Below the pieces are notes generated by a model. The model worked only from the letters and a program-made list of their open reading frames with translations, ran no database searches and had not been told where the DNA came from. A DNA stretch of 64,000 bases from assembly GCA_947501605.1 (NCBI GenBank), contig CANMWZ010000020.1, positions 1-64,000 of the forward strand, written 5' to 3'. How positions within the stretch are numbered: position 1 is the first letter of the stretch; each line of letters begins with the position of its first letter. Shown piece after piece: positions 62,954-64,000 of this stretch. A program made the translations under genes and the position numbers. The DNA is from Planctomycetota bacterium (GTDB lineage: Bacteria > Planctomycetota > UBA1135 > UBA2386).

Positions 62954-64000
<1,047 letters not shown>

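Overview
This is a high-GC, gene-dense bacterial chromosomal segment with about 50 CDS. I saw no rRNA, tRNA, CRISPR array, integrase or transposase. The protein-family repertoire (expanded carboxypeptidase-regulatory-like and Ig-like surface proteins, DUF1579, a pilin with a DUF2950-like tail) suggests Planctomycetota; this is inference only. In order, the window contains: partial comM; a minus-strand run (amidohydrolase, DHH/NrnA, metallophosphoesterase, cutA, SLC13 transporter, GT-C-like membrane protein, secreted protein); two tandem paralogous ~900-aa Cys/Ig-like/glycine-rich lipoproteins; a HEAT-like protein with tatD; a type IV pilus locus (pilT-pilB-pilC-TPR-pilin); DUF502; rsmE; an atypical Gfo/Idh/MocA gene coupled to lutABC; two tandem membrane-anchored beta-sandwich paralogs; kynA; a GCS2-CBS ligase and AstE/AspA hydrolase pair; slyD; a phosphoesterase-LamG protein; a methyltransferase; lysine/saccharopine dehydrogenase; a nucleoside MFS transporter; enolase; an AttE/FG/H-like ABC-lipocalin operon; a truncated inverted cusA remnant; a cusB-cusA-cusC copper/silver RND operon; tandem DUF1579; and partial moxR. 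The best candidate for a novel system is an easily missed 135-aa Cys-rich, signal-peptide-bearing upstream ORF containing RAPP. It is followed directly by a strong hairpin in front of cusBAC and may be a ribosome-stalling copper sensor. The next most interesting items are the glycine-rich lipoprotein pair and the CBS-regulated ligase/hydrolase pair. All functional calls come from visual motif recognition; no database searches were run.
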